Assembly: GCF_000143415.4 (NCBI RefSeq)
Contig: NW_003314261.1
Span: forward strand, 2,615,266 to 2,679,265
DNA length: 64,000 nt
Direction of reading: 5' to 3'
Origin: Selaginella moellendorffii
Lineage: Eukaryota > Plantae > Lycopodiophyta
Shown here: positions 1 through 11,708 of the stretch, in pieces
Position numbering within the stretch: the stretch's first letter is position 1
Layout of the letters: each line of letters opens with the position of its first letter
Translations under genes and position numbers: made by a program
Notes under the pieces: generated by a model
Seen by the model: the letters and a program-made list of their open reading frames with translations, nothing else
What the model was told of the DNA's origin: nothing
The model's database searches: none

Positions 1-140
1 GGGAGAGTTACCACCATGTAGAAATGATGGCTCATATCCGAGCTAGTGCTTGTTCCGTGCTTCCCAGATCACTTGGACGCCAATGGACCACCAAATCACC
101 CATCGCTCTAACCCAACTCACTATGTTTGCTACTCCTTAA

Positions 141-1064
141 CATGGTTGGTCCCGATCGTTCCGAATGCCAACCGGCCGACTGCCCGACCGTAGTTATCTA
201 TCGACGGGCTGTGAAAATGCCGAACGGCCGAACGGTTCACAAAATTTTTTTGAAAAAAAAAAAAACATTTTTAGTAAAACCACATTAATAAAAGTAGGAA
301 AACCAAAGCATTAAACCAAACCAAACCAAACCAAACCAAAGCATTAGACTAAACTAAACCAACTACTACTCATTTTCTTCAACATCTTCGGCAAGTCCCT
401 CGACATCTCTAGCATCTTCCTCAACAATCACATCTTCATTTGGAAGATCTTCTTTGGCTAAATCTTCTATACTAAGAGATTCAAGCCTAGATTACATCTC
501 TACATTTGAAAGGGCATTTGCTATTTGCTCCACAAACATTCGGTGAGCTTGGTTCTGAACATGAAGAGGAACATTTGAAGCACTACATGCTTAAATATCA
601 TGCCCAAAAACTTTAGCAAGATGCGCCTTGATGCATTTCGGCAGACCGCCATACATTTTACCACAATAATTACATTTCCAATGCTCAGCTCCTTTGCCGG
701 AAGCATAAGGAGTGAGCTTGGTAACATGGGACCATGCCCAATCGGGTGCCATCGCTCAATTGTGCCAGAATCGCTATGAATCTCTACAATCAAATCTCTG
801 GAATCACTGAATTTCCATTTTAGGGCAAAAACTTCAAGTGTTGCGGACTGGGCGATTTGATTTGCGAGGCCTCAGTGCTGCTCCACGCTCAATCGAAAAC
901 AGAGGCAGGTATGCACGCAGCTCCTATGCCCTCCTCGCCGCAGCAGCATCAGAAATCTAGCGCGATCACCATTTTTTTTGCCGAACGGAATCATCGAACG
1001 GACCTGTCCGACCGCGTTCGGCGGCGGTCGGGGTTTCGGCCGAACGCGGTCGGGACCAACCATG
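141..1064. mobile_element. Non-autonomous hAT-family DNA transposon (~924 bp)
   Basis: Perfect 15-bp TIRs CATGGTTGGTCCCGA (141-155) / TCGGGACCAACCATG (1050-1064). 8-bp target-site duplication with one mismatch: CTCCTTAA (133-140) vs CTCCCTAA (1065-1072). Repeated subterminal GCCGAACGG/CCGAC motifs at both ends. An interrupted minus-strand reading (~370-600, ACSAS followed by an acidic tail) may be a transposase C-terminal remnant. Confidence 0.85.
301..362 (+). repeat. (AAACC)n-type short tandem repeat inside the hAT element
   Basis: aaaccaaaccaaaccaaaccaaacc with degenerate flanking units. Confidence 0.8.
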
Positions 1065-1600
1065 CTCCCTAACCCGAGTACCCCAGCCATGCCCTCCCCA
1101 GCACGCGATCCTTTGCCATGCAGCTCCAGTACTCGGGCCTCACACATTCAAACTACTGTAGAGCTCTTGCTTCGAAGTCTTGAGTGACCCCTAGCTCTCT
1201 TGTCGCTCCCAAAATCTGTTTCCATGTTTCTTTGGCCACTTTGCAATCCCACAGGACATGAGTCATGCCGCATTCCTTCCATTTATGGGCATCCTGATTG
1301 TAAAGTGTTGCTTGTAAATCCACGTCCACTTGGATCCCATATCGTTCTCCTGGTTCCAGCCACCAAAATCCAATCGCTTGAGCTGGAGATGGAGTGGGAG
1401 ATTCGCCCAGATGGATGCATTGGAGAGCTGCAATGGAAAGAACATCCCGGAAGAATCTAGGATCGAAATCGACGAATTACCTTTCAGCATTGTCAATGCC
1501 GTCTGCCGCTCGTGCGCTTCATTTCCCGCCACAGCAAACTCTTTATTGAGCCCTAAAGAGAGTTTGAATTTTAGGGTTCTATGCAAGTTTCCCTTGGAGA

Positions 1601-3502
1601 ATGCAGGCTGCCGTGAAGCTCGAGCCATGGGAGAGAGTGCCGTGGTCGACCGTCAAATCCGTGGTGCTGCGCCTCCAATCCATGATCTACCGCGCCGCCG
1701 TGGCCAACGACACCGCCAAGGTACACGCATTCCAGTCGCGGCTGCTGGAAAACGCTCACGCGCGCCTCCTGGCCGTGCGGCGGGTCACCGAGTCGAATCA
1801 GGGCGAGGCGTCGCTGGGCGTGAACGCGCTCATCACCAGCGAGGCCCGAATCGCGCTCGCCAGGACGCTGCGCATCACTGACAAGGGCCTGCCCTTTTGC
1901 GTCACGCGGCGCCGCCGGCTGGGGCGATGCTTGCAGGACGTTGTCCGCGATCGCGCCAAGCAGATGCTCGTCAAGCTCGCGCTGGAGCCGGAGTGGGAGG
2001 CTCGGTTCGAGGATGGATCCTTCGGGTATAGGCCTCACAGGAGCTACAGAGACGCCATGGACGCCATCACTCTCTCGCTCAAAGGCAAGGAGAAGTACGT
2101 TCTCGTCGCTCACTCGTGCTACATTTTTCAGGAGTTTGAGCACCGCGCGGTGATGAGCAAGCTGAGGAACTCGCTGCCGATCATCGCGTCACAGGTGGAG
2201 GCGTGGCTGAATGGAGGGATCATGGCACTCCGGTGGCTGAATCCGGGGTATCCAAGAGCTGGGGACTTTGGAGTGATCACTCCGCTGCTGGCTAACATCG
2301 CCATGCATGGATTGGAGACCGCCTTCTACGAATGGTTCGCGAAGTTCTATCCCGGCCATCCAGCTCCGCTCTTCGTCCGCTACTGCGAGCAGTTCGTCGT
2401 GGTCAATCGCTCTCATGCCTTCATCCTCGATGCTACTGTGTTTGTCCGGGATTGGTTGCGTGGAGTTGGCATCAAGCTCGATACGGATAGATACACGATC
2501 ACGGACTCGAGGTCGGGCTTCGAGTTCCTGGGATTTAAGTTCCAGCACGCCATGAAAAACGAGGAGATGAGGCTCAAGGTGAGGCCTTCCAGGAACTCTT
2601 ACAGGTTGTTTTTGTCCGAGCTCAAGACGGTCATCTCCCAGTCACGGGGAGGGTCGTGCTACAATCTTATAAGTCGGATGGCTCCGAAAGTTGTGAGGTG
2701 GGGGCACTACTTCAAGTACTGCCATGCTCGAGGGGTGTTTCGGAAGCTCGACAGTATGATCTATCAGAAGCTGAGGCCGTGGGTGTTTCGGAGGCGGAGG
2801 AACATGGGACGGGCCAAGGCCAAGCTCAAGTTTTTTCCAGAGAATCAGGTTTATCTCTTTGAAGGGACTGAGCGGCGGAGCTCATGGGTGCTCACGGATG
2901 GAGGGACGGAGAGGAGAAGGCCGGTCTTTTTGCCTCTGCTTCGCTGGTTCTCGGGTCAAGGGAAACTCGCCAAAAGCCGTGATGAAATAATGATCAACCT
3001 CAATCAAGTTGCTCTTCCGGATCCGAGGAGGTACGAACTTGGTTTGTCTTTCCTTGAGTTTCAAATTGGTTTTTCTACGTAGGCGACGTCGGATTGTTCA
3101 GCTGGATACTCTGATAGATCTCTGGTCCACTGAGAATCTTCTTAAGCTGGACGACGAAGAGCTCGAGGATTTTGCACAAGTGATGAAACTGGTAAGATCA
3201 GACGTATCCAGTATTTCTGTTACCGAAAAGTGTGTGCTTGCAGGGAAACAGGGTACTTTGGAAAGCTGTTACTGATCAAGACGACGGACACTACGTTTAT
3301 CTGTACGACAATCCCGTACGCTGTGCTGCTTTTCCATATTGTTTCTTTCACTCATTTGCTAAACTTTCAGGTGTTCGTGAGAATCAAGGAGGACATTTCC
3401 AGAAAACTAGACTTTATGTTCTCCGAAGCTGAGAGCGCTAAGCTGCTGACAACAGAATGCGGTGACACTACTTCGCCGCAGCATGGACACTTCAAATTTT
3501 AG
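1601..3502 (+). CDS. Nuclear group II intron RT/maturase-like protein (catalytically inactive) fused to a C-terminal SDHAF2/Sdh5-like domain; exons 1601-3030, 3083-3191, 3244-3315, 3371-3502; the 5' end may extend upstream
   Basis: RVT_N motif PWSTVKSVVLRLQSMIYRA...LLAVRRVTESNQG; RT2/2a DRAKQMLVKLALEPEWEARFEDGSFGYRPHRS; RT4 GVITPLLANIAMHGLE; RT5 VRYCEQFVV (YADD replaced); RT7 GFEFLGF; X/maturase domain LISRMAPKVVRWGHYF; no HNH. Three GT-AG introns (52, 52, 55 bp) keep the frame into RRRRIVQLDTLIDLWSTENLLKLDDEELEDFAQVMKLGNRVLWKAVTDQ...NPVFVRIKEDI. Confidence 0.8.
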
Positions 3503-3559
3503 CTATAGCAAGTCTCAACTAACACTTGTTGAGTACCCCTTATCATGGCTTGCGAAATA

Positions 3560-6500
3560 AGTTTATTATTGTATGAGAAAAAGACTTTAAGGGTATTCAA
3601 AATATATTGATGCTTAATGCTTTTAGCCAAAAGGCTTTTACTTTTAGGATGGTGTTCGTTGGTTACGAGGTGATTTATAATTCTAAGCCTAAAAAATGCA
3701 TGGACATGTAAAACAGTCTATGTACATAAAGACTAATTTGTTTTTGGAGGCTTTCAAGTGTCTTTCTAGTTTGAAATTATTTATAGACATTGTCTACACG
3801 CAAACTAACAGGTGTTGGAATTTGGTAAACAGTATGTTTAGGAACCAAAGACCAACAACCTATATATGGATAAAATTTTGTCATTGTTGACTTTTAATGT
3901 CTTTCTAGTCCAAAATTGTCTATGGATATTGTTGAGGCCAAATTCTGAACCTAAAAATACTAAAAAATAAAAATCACAAAAGTAATTAATGACTTAGAGA
4001 TGAATATCACCAACTCACTATGACAGCTTTGTGCACCATGGTGCATCTTACTCGTTACTACCTTGTAGAAGGCTATTGCAGTTGGCTATCCTAGATTTGT
4101 TACCCTTTGAGATAATGTCTTCAATTATAGTCCTTCATAAATTTCTTGAGTTAGGGAAGTCATCTATTAAAGCATGAGTTATGTGCAAGAATTTTTTTGG
4201 CTTCTTTAGGGGTGATGAAGTAACATTATTTGCCAATTGATGTTTACATATGGCATTTGGTGATTCATCTTCCCGCTTCTTAGCAGTGAAAAACAAACAT
4301 CAAAATGTTCTTGAATTCTAACTTATGGGTCTTTAGATGCACTAACTACTGTCACCATAGATTTTCTAGTCAAGGGTGGCATTATTGGTGCCAAAGCCAT
4401 TGAAGGTGGAAGGGTGGCCTTCATTTGTACAGGTGGGTTGGGGTGGAAGTCTATGTGGCTATATCATAAATATCCCAAAAAACACACTTGCTTCAAATAC
4501 CTTCCCTAATTTCTTAAATGCATCTTTAACCATTTTCAGGTCCACATGGTGTGAGTCCATCTCAAGCCTCATCATTATAATTGAGAAGTATAGTGGAGGT
4601 TTAGTATTGTAAGCATGCACAAACGACATTTTGTCTTTGTGCTTAGATGTAAAAATTTGTTATACAAGCTTGAGTAGATATTTGTATTAACCATTTTTGC
4701 ATGTTGGTGAAGAGGCTAAAGAAAAAATATGCCTTCAACCCAAATGTATTTTATGTAGTCATGGTGCCAAAATGTTACCAAGAACTTAGAGTTGGAGGGT
4801 GTAGCATGGATTTTGAAATCTACTACTTCCAATATATGCTTGCTAAATCAGTTTAGAACATCTTGTCTTTAAAAGCTAGGATCATTAATTTGCAAAATGA
4901 GGATGATATTTTCATTCTCCTAGGGTTAAAAAAAATTCAAATAAAAAAGACATTTAAAAAAAACCAAAAATGAAGATGCAAGAACAAGTCACAAGCTCTT
5001 TGAATTTGATTGAACTACCACAAAATGCTTTATTTCGTTAAAGTGGGACTTTTCATTATCCCACTTATGGTGTGTGGCCACATGCCATTTTTATAACAAC
5101 AATAAAAAATTGAAGTTTTAACTTTATAATTTATAAATTAAAAACTTTTCATATGATTTTGTGTTATAATATTGTGAAATATAAAAAAATAAATTAAAAA
5201 ACTGATAAAAATATTAATAAATATTAATTAAGTACTAGAAAATGGCATGTGGACACATGCTAATTAATGTCCCACTTTACTGAATAAGTCCCACTTTAAC
5301 GAAATAAAGCATCAAACAAATAGCTTCACTGCTATATGTTCAACATAGCAACCCACAACAACCCAAGTAGGATGTAGCAACATTAATTACTTAATAGAGG
5401 GATTCATTTGCAGTCACAATCATCTCCATCTTAAAACTTTCAAGACCATGTAAACAAAATATGAATGAATTTCTTATATTCCATTATAAACTTACAGATT
5501 GCAATTATGATAATACCATGATATGTTTATTAATCTAGCAATTAATTACTAATTCATTACCAAAGTAATATTTGACAAATTCTAATATCTTACCTTATTT
5601 AAAAAGTGTGATTTTTAATTTAAACATATAGCACTTAATCTAGCAAAGTTTAGCATTACTATAAAAAACCATGAATATACCAATACAATCATAGCCATTG
5701 ATTCATTTGAGCCATCCAATAGCTCAAGCCCTAACCTAAGTTTATTTAAATATTGATATAAAGTTTGAGCAAATCACTCCATTGCAGCAAAAGATGATAG
5801 ATATCTTATAAAATCTTCTTGATGAAGAAATTTTTTTTATCTATGGTTGACAACAATTTAGAAATAATACAACAAAAGGTTGCAACCTTTAAAGTTAGGT
5901 TAGATAATTTTATTCTTATGGTACATCTTTGAAATGAGTAAAACTTTTAGTGGAAAGAATTACACTAAAGAGACGATAAATAACCATTTAATGCGAATTC
6001 TAAAAGTTCACATACTTCATGATTATTCTTTTGAAAGTCCAAACGAGCCATTCTACTAAACCATTTGTTTGTGAATGATAAACACTTGTGAAAGTGTGGT
6101 ATATCCCCAGCCAAGATGTTAAAACATGAAATGCCTCAACCATAAATATAAAATTATTATTTGAAAGAATCCATTATAGACATAAATGTTAGAACACTAT
6201 TGTGAATATGATTTTAAAAGTTACTTATCGACTAATTCTTTTGGATATTCTTTCCTTATTATTACAACAGTAGAAAATTGGTATTGCTGGACCCTTTATT
6301 AATCTCTCTTGTGCTAGTGGAGTTAACTAGGCATTTTGAGTGTACTTAAACCAAACGAGCATAAGGATAGAATTTTTATGTACTATTAACTAAGTATACT
6401 TAGTTCGGTAAGGAGTTTAAGCCATATTGTGTTCCAATTTTTTATTACATATATACATTAGAATGTTAACTATATTAAAAAATAGACTATATTCTAGTTC

Positions 6501-9500
6501 TATAATAGTGCTGGAGAGAATCATATGATATCTGCATTAAAAATCATATTGTGTTCTAGAAAATACTTTGATAACAATGCTCAATTGACATTTTTTCAAA
6601 TAATTATCAATGAATAATAAGATCAATGGCCATTGTGAAAGATGTTGGATTTGAGTGAAAAAGTATAAGATTATTAATATTATCATGAAGGCCAAGATGG
6701 AAATGTTTCTTGAGAGATATATTCCATAAAATATTAGTGACAACTATTTGGAACTCAAATGTGTAGACAAATACAAACTTAAAGCTTTCACAGCGTGCTT
6801 GTTAAAATGGTTTTATTTCCATAGCTCTCACAAAAACCATATGGTTTTAACAAAATGAAACTTAAGTACATATTTTTTCAACCATGTATATGGTTTATAT
6901 ATGCATGTTCTTTCTAAAGCAATAGTTATCAATATATATAATATATTGCTCTATGAAACCTATTATGCATCTAGAATTCAACCTAGTTTCTATTATAGGT
7001 AACATATGATTGAGAAAGTATAAATTGATATGGTTTTAATTTAGTTATCTCAAGTATTATTATAATAGCAGAATATACTATAGTTTTCAATATAGATAAA
7101 GTTATGGTGTATTATATGTAAAATAAAACTCCTTATCCAACGGCCCCAATCTTAGAACAATTAACATATGAGAAAAACACAATTCTAATGAAAATTAGTC
7201 AATTCTCAATAGTGTCTTTTCAACGTGAAATGACAATGGATTAAAAACCACCTTTATATGTATTGTGGAGGTGCAAATCAACTTCAGAAATAGTATTCTT
7301 ATTTGTCCTCATACTTGTACAATAGATGTTGCAGATGTACTTCCAATAAATATGAACATCCAGTCCAATTAAGGGTTGTTGGTTCCATTCCTTCTTCTTA
7401 AATTTCTAAACCTTTCTATATCATTATTCATCTTCAGTCTTCTAGTTTAAATGTTTCTTTTTAAATTTTAGACAATAGTGATATCAATGTAAACTTCATC
7501 AATTGGAAATTTGCAATTTCTCATGGCATTTTTTTTTCAACTAGAACAACATCCAAGTTATGCTGAAATGATAGATGGTCGATAAATCTCTTTTAAGCTC
7601 ACCAAATATTAGATTAAGCTAGTAGAAGTGAAAGTATTTAGAATTTGTTATAGTATCACTTTCAATATTGTCTCTATACAAAAATACCTTCATCAATTTT
7701 AATCTTTCCTTGGTTTGAGCTAGTGAATTTGACAATGGATTAGAAATGGTGTGATGTTAATTAAACTATTTTCCTCTCTTCCAAGTCCTTTTCCTCTTCA
7801 ATTTAAATCTATCACAATACTTTGGTTGAGTTTCGGAATGTTGGTTGTTGTGATCATGTGTTATGAGTAATATGAGTAATTTCAATATGTTATAGAAGAG
7901 ATGATATAGGCAAAAACATATAAAAGTAAGATAAATTGTTCATTTAAGTTTTCCTCTTTTCTTTCTCATTTTCTTCTTTCCTTGCATTATATCTTTCTTT
8001 CTCTAAGTAAATTCTACAAGATGATCAAAGTCTTAATAGTGGTATTGAAGTGTTGATCCTTTATATGTAGCTTCATTGGAGGGGTTGGGAGAGATAAAAA
8101 AATGTGTTACAAGTGTTTATGAAGTAGTATATGAAAGATCAAATGTATGGAAATGAATAGTATTTGGCTGCAGGAATTTTTTGCTAACACTTGATTAGTG
8201 TCTCCATGGCAATTGATAACTTCTCAGCAGACTGCACTATAGTTAGATTGCCAAAATCAATTAAAAAGAATTAATTATAAAAATAAAGAACCAAAAGATT
8301 AGACTTTAAGTTTAGAGTAGCAAAATCAACTCCAAAAAGGGAGGATCACAGAGTGGTACTAAAATTTAATAGACCAAATGTTTGGAATTTAATTTGACAA
8401 GCAAGGGAAAGGGAGAACCTAGGAGGGTAACATGACCTAGCCCAAAAGGTGGTTGACTTGATATTATTTGTTTAATTAGTAACAAAGAAGCCTTTTGTTG
8501 ACCATTAGAGTTAACTAAATTGATTAGTGGTTTTGGCAAAAAGGATCTTAATGTTAATGATAGCATCAATGCTGCTAGAAAATCCTTCTTAACATTCTAT
8601 TGCACATCCACTTAGCTTAAAATTTTAACACCATAACTTATTATAGATGCATGTGAGACTTAAAAGCAAAAATCATAAAACTTGTAAATATATGCATCTA
8701 AAGGCAAAGTCCTTTATCTGATCTTTAGGAAATAGTTCATGAGATCAACATTTTAAAACTTCTTGATAAACAGAGCATGGAATCTTTTATCAAATCACTC
8801 TAAGAAGTCAATTTTGGATTAACTTTGAACTATGAAGAAAGATAGCCCATAAGCTTCATCATAAAAAAAATCAATTTTCATCTTGTCATTAGAAGGGTTC
8901 TGAAACTAACAACATTCTCAGAACTATAATTAATAATAAAACTTTTTGTTATTGCAAACATATAGTGATAACTTCCATTCTATAGCATGTTTGATGTACC
9001 TATGGTAATCACAGATAATGGATTGATTCAAACTTTAAACGTCCATTTGAAGTAGAAAATCCTTAATGAAATTAACAGAATCCTTCACATTCTTGATGTC
9101 ACTTTAAACCTCAATAATATAACATCCTTGCCTCAAGATGATATTATCAAAAAGTCTCCTCCTTGTCATGACCATTATCACTGATGCCACACTTTTCATC
9201 AATATTAATATTCTGCTCCTCCACCATTCCCAAAAGAACATTCTTAAAAGAACATGTTGTTCTGATATCAATGGAATGAATAAGGAGTGGATTTTAAGCT
9301 AACTTCCCAACCATAAATCATCTAAGTTATAGAATATTTTAAAAATATTTTTGTGGTTCATGTCATTTTCCCCTCATTCATAAACCAGCCCTAGACAACA
9401 GCCTTGGGAGCTTCACATAAAGGGAGTCCAAGACATATGGTCATGGAGAAAAAATGTGTAAATGATAATATTAATAATATAATAAGTAACCATAAAAGAA

Positions 9501-10060
9501 AGAAAACAATACAACTTTCTCATATGACAATACAGTCATGGAACAACAGAATGTGAATAAAGCAATGGCTCAAATTATATAGTAATACAACTACAATTCT
9601 CCTCTTCCTTGGGATTGTTATCTAAGTTATAATGAACTTTAGAAACACTTTTTTCATGTCATTTTCAATTTTCCACATAGCCTTATCTATAGAATAGCTA
9701 TTCCACTAAATTAACAACTCCTAAGTTGTTTTATAACATGTTTTCACCAACATTTGAGCAAGAATGTTAGCTAAATTAACTTTCTTAACATCAATCTCTA
9801 GGAGCTACTTTGACATCACCAAAGTGTAAACATACTTTACTTCTTCACTTCAAAGGAATAATGTCATGATTTAGTCTAGATTGTTAAGAACTTGCTATAG
9901 CTCCAAAGGGAAGAATGATATGAAGTAACCTAAAGGGCCCTTATTGCCGGTTAACTTAGAATGTGTTTAAAGTATATACTTAACTGATAATATATTTAGA
10001 TTATAAATAATTACTAATTTTCAAAACCTTTATAGCACTAATTACTAAGTAAAAAAAACT
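3560..10060. mobile_element. AT-rich, CpG-depleted, ORF-poor block, probably decayed transposon sequence (family not assignable)
   Basis: Sharp drop in GC, very few CpG, no long ORFs, contains an inserted MITE. Only weak LINE-like peptide fragments can be seen. Confidence 0.4.
5025..5312. mobile_element. MITE / small inverted-repeat element (288 bp)
   Basis: Perfect 27-bp TIR ATGCTTTATTTCGTTAAAGTGGGACTT (5025-5051) / 5286-5312. Inner 18/19 inverted repeat 5073-5091 / 5239-5257. Very AT-rich core. CAAA flanks both ends (5021-5024, 5313-5316). Confidence 0.8.
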
Positions 10061-11708
10061 ATTTCATATTATTGGAAGAATTTGGAGTTGGATGACTTGT
10101 GCTGGCTGGCCAAAAGGCTGCTGCTGAAGACTGGCCACCGATCTTCCAACACATTTTCCCAAAGATCTGGGACATAAGAAAAATACTGATACCCAGTGAT
10201 CTCTTTAGTCTGTGAATCCCACATTCTAAAGTAGGTGTTCTGGACTTCTCTATTCTTTACGTTAACATGCAACTCAAGCGTCTACAAGCTTGGGAGACAA
10301 AATCAAACCTTACGAATTTTTCTTTAAAGCTTAAAGGTCTCCTGCTCGTGGCCATGGACCCCCACGGAAAAGAGAGTGGAGGAAACTGGGTCTGTTCGTA
10401 CAACGCTCTAGGGCCCCACGCCCAATGAGCCAGTCAAGACCCACAGGCCGTGACTGGCTCAAAGCCTGGGCCAATCACAGTGGTCCACCCGTGTGCCACT
10501 TGATGCCGTAGATTCTTCTTTTCTTTTCCCGACGCATGCGACTAGAGGAGAAGTACGGTATGGGCCACGGTACAACCATGAACGTCGTCAGAGCTTTGCA
10601 TGGCCAGCATGTGCAAGAAGAGTATGCTAAAATTTTTTATTATCGGCCTTGATTTTATTGTATGGTTTTCATGACAACCTTCTTCCATCCTGCCGTATCG
10701 AATTTTAGGGATGCCCCACACTGGAGCCTAAATCTTGACCATTGCCCCCATTGACAACGAGACTCCAGCAACCCGATAGCATGCGTATCATCAGTTCAGT
10801 GCAAATGACTACTTAACCCTAAGCAGTTACTCGATGTCAGCGGCATTTTTACGGGTGACATCACCGATTGATTTTCCCGGAGTAGTAGTGGTACGGACAC
10901 TATGGTCCTCACCGCGCATTTAATGGCTTCTGATGCACAGCAGGGCGCCACGTGTGAATACGACGTGTAGACGGGTAAGGGACGGGCGATGTCCGAGTCG
11001 TACGGCTGCGGCTCAAACATCGTGGCCGAAGCGATTGCTAAATCTTCGGCCGGGAGAACATTACAACAGTAAAACTGTAGTCGATCAACTTGCCTGATCG
11101 TGAAATTTTATATGCTTTCGATCCAGAAGAATGGGGTTTGGATGCATGCTAACAAGCATCTTTGGCAATCCTCGTTCGCGGAATCAAGACTATTCACAAG
11201 GCCGCAAAACCAAACAAACGATTTAACGCTAAAATGTCTTGTTAATCTTATTTTTTGGTGGCGGCCATCGCCTTCACGGCCACTGTTGCGGATGCCTATG
11301 CCAGTTGGGCCAAATTTTTTACTGGATGCCCAAACACTCCCCCGTGGAAGGACGTGTTTTACTTTCCATATTTTCTCCATTGCGCGGGTAAAATGCGTGT
11401 CGAAAACACCTAGGTTGAGGGGATGATCCAAGGCGATTGCTTAGCGAGGAGGAGGAGGGCGACGGAGCCACCACGGCACCACCATCTCCACCACCGCTCA
11501 CTCCCACTCTCCCATCCCTTCTTCTCTGTCCTCTCGCTCTCCGCTACCATCGCGCGCCACTCGGTCGTCATCGGCGCAGAGGAGACGAAATCCCTCCGCG
11601 AATTCCAGCACCCAATTGGCCTCTGATCCAGCACCGCGCCTCACACCGCGGGTTTGAATCGACCCAGATAGAGGAAAACTCTCGATCATAGCAGGAGCGA
11701 GCGAGAGA

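Noticed and set aside
301-362. Short repeat array as CRISPR or telomere
   Set aside because: Simple AAACC microsatellite with no spacers; not TTTAGGG.
2970-3010. AGCCGTGATGAAA resembling the start of group II intron domain V
   Set aside because: There is no complementary 3' arm (ACGGTT-like) and no domain VI; the sequence is in-frame coding.
7400-9900. Possible LINE reverse transcriptase fragments on the minus strand
   Set aside because: Too degenerate to assign by eye; kept only as part of the generic decayed-TE block.
10300-11700. G-box/site II motifs and short ORFs upstream of DELLA
   Set aside because: Expected by chance at this length; no evidence of a conserved uORF without alignments.
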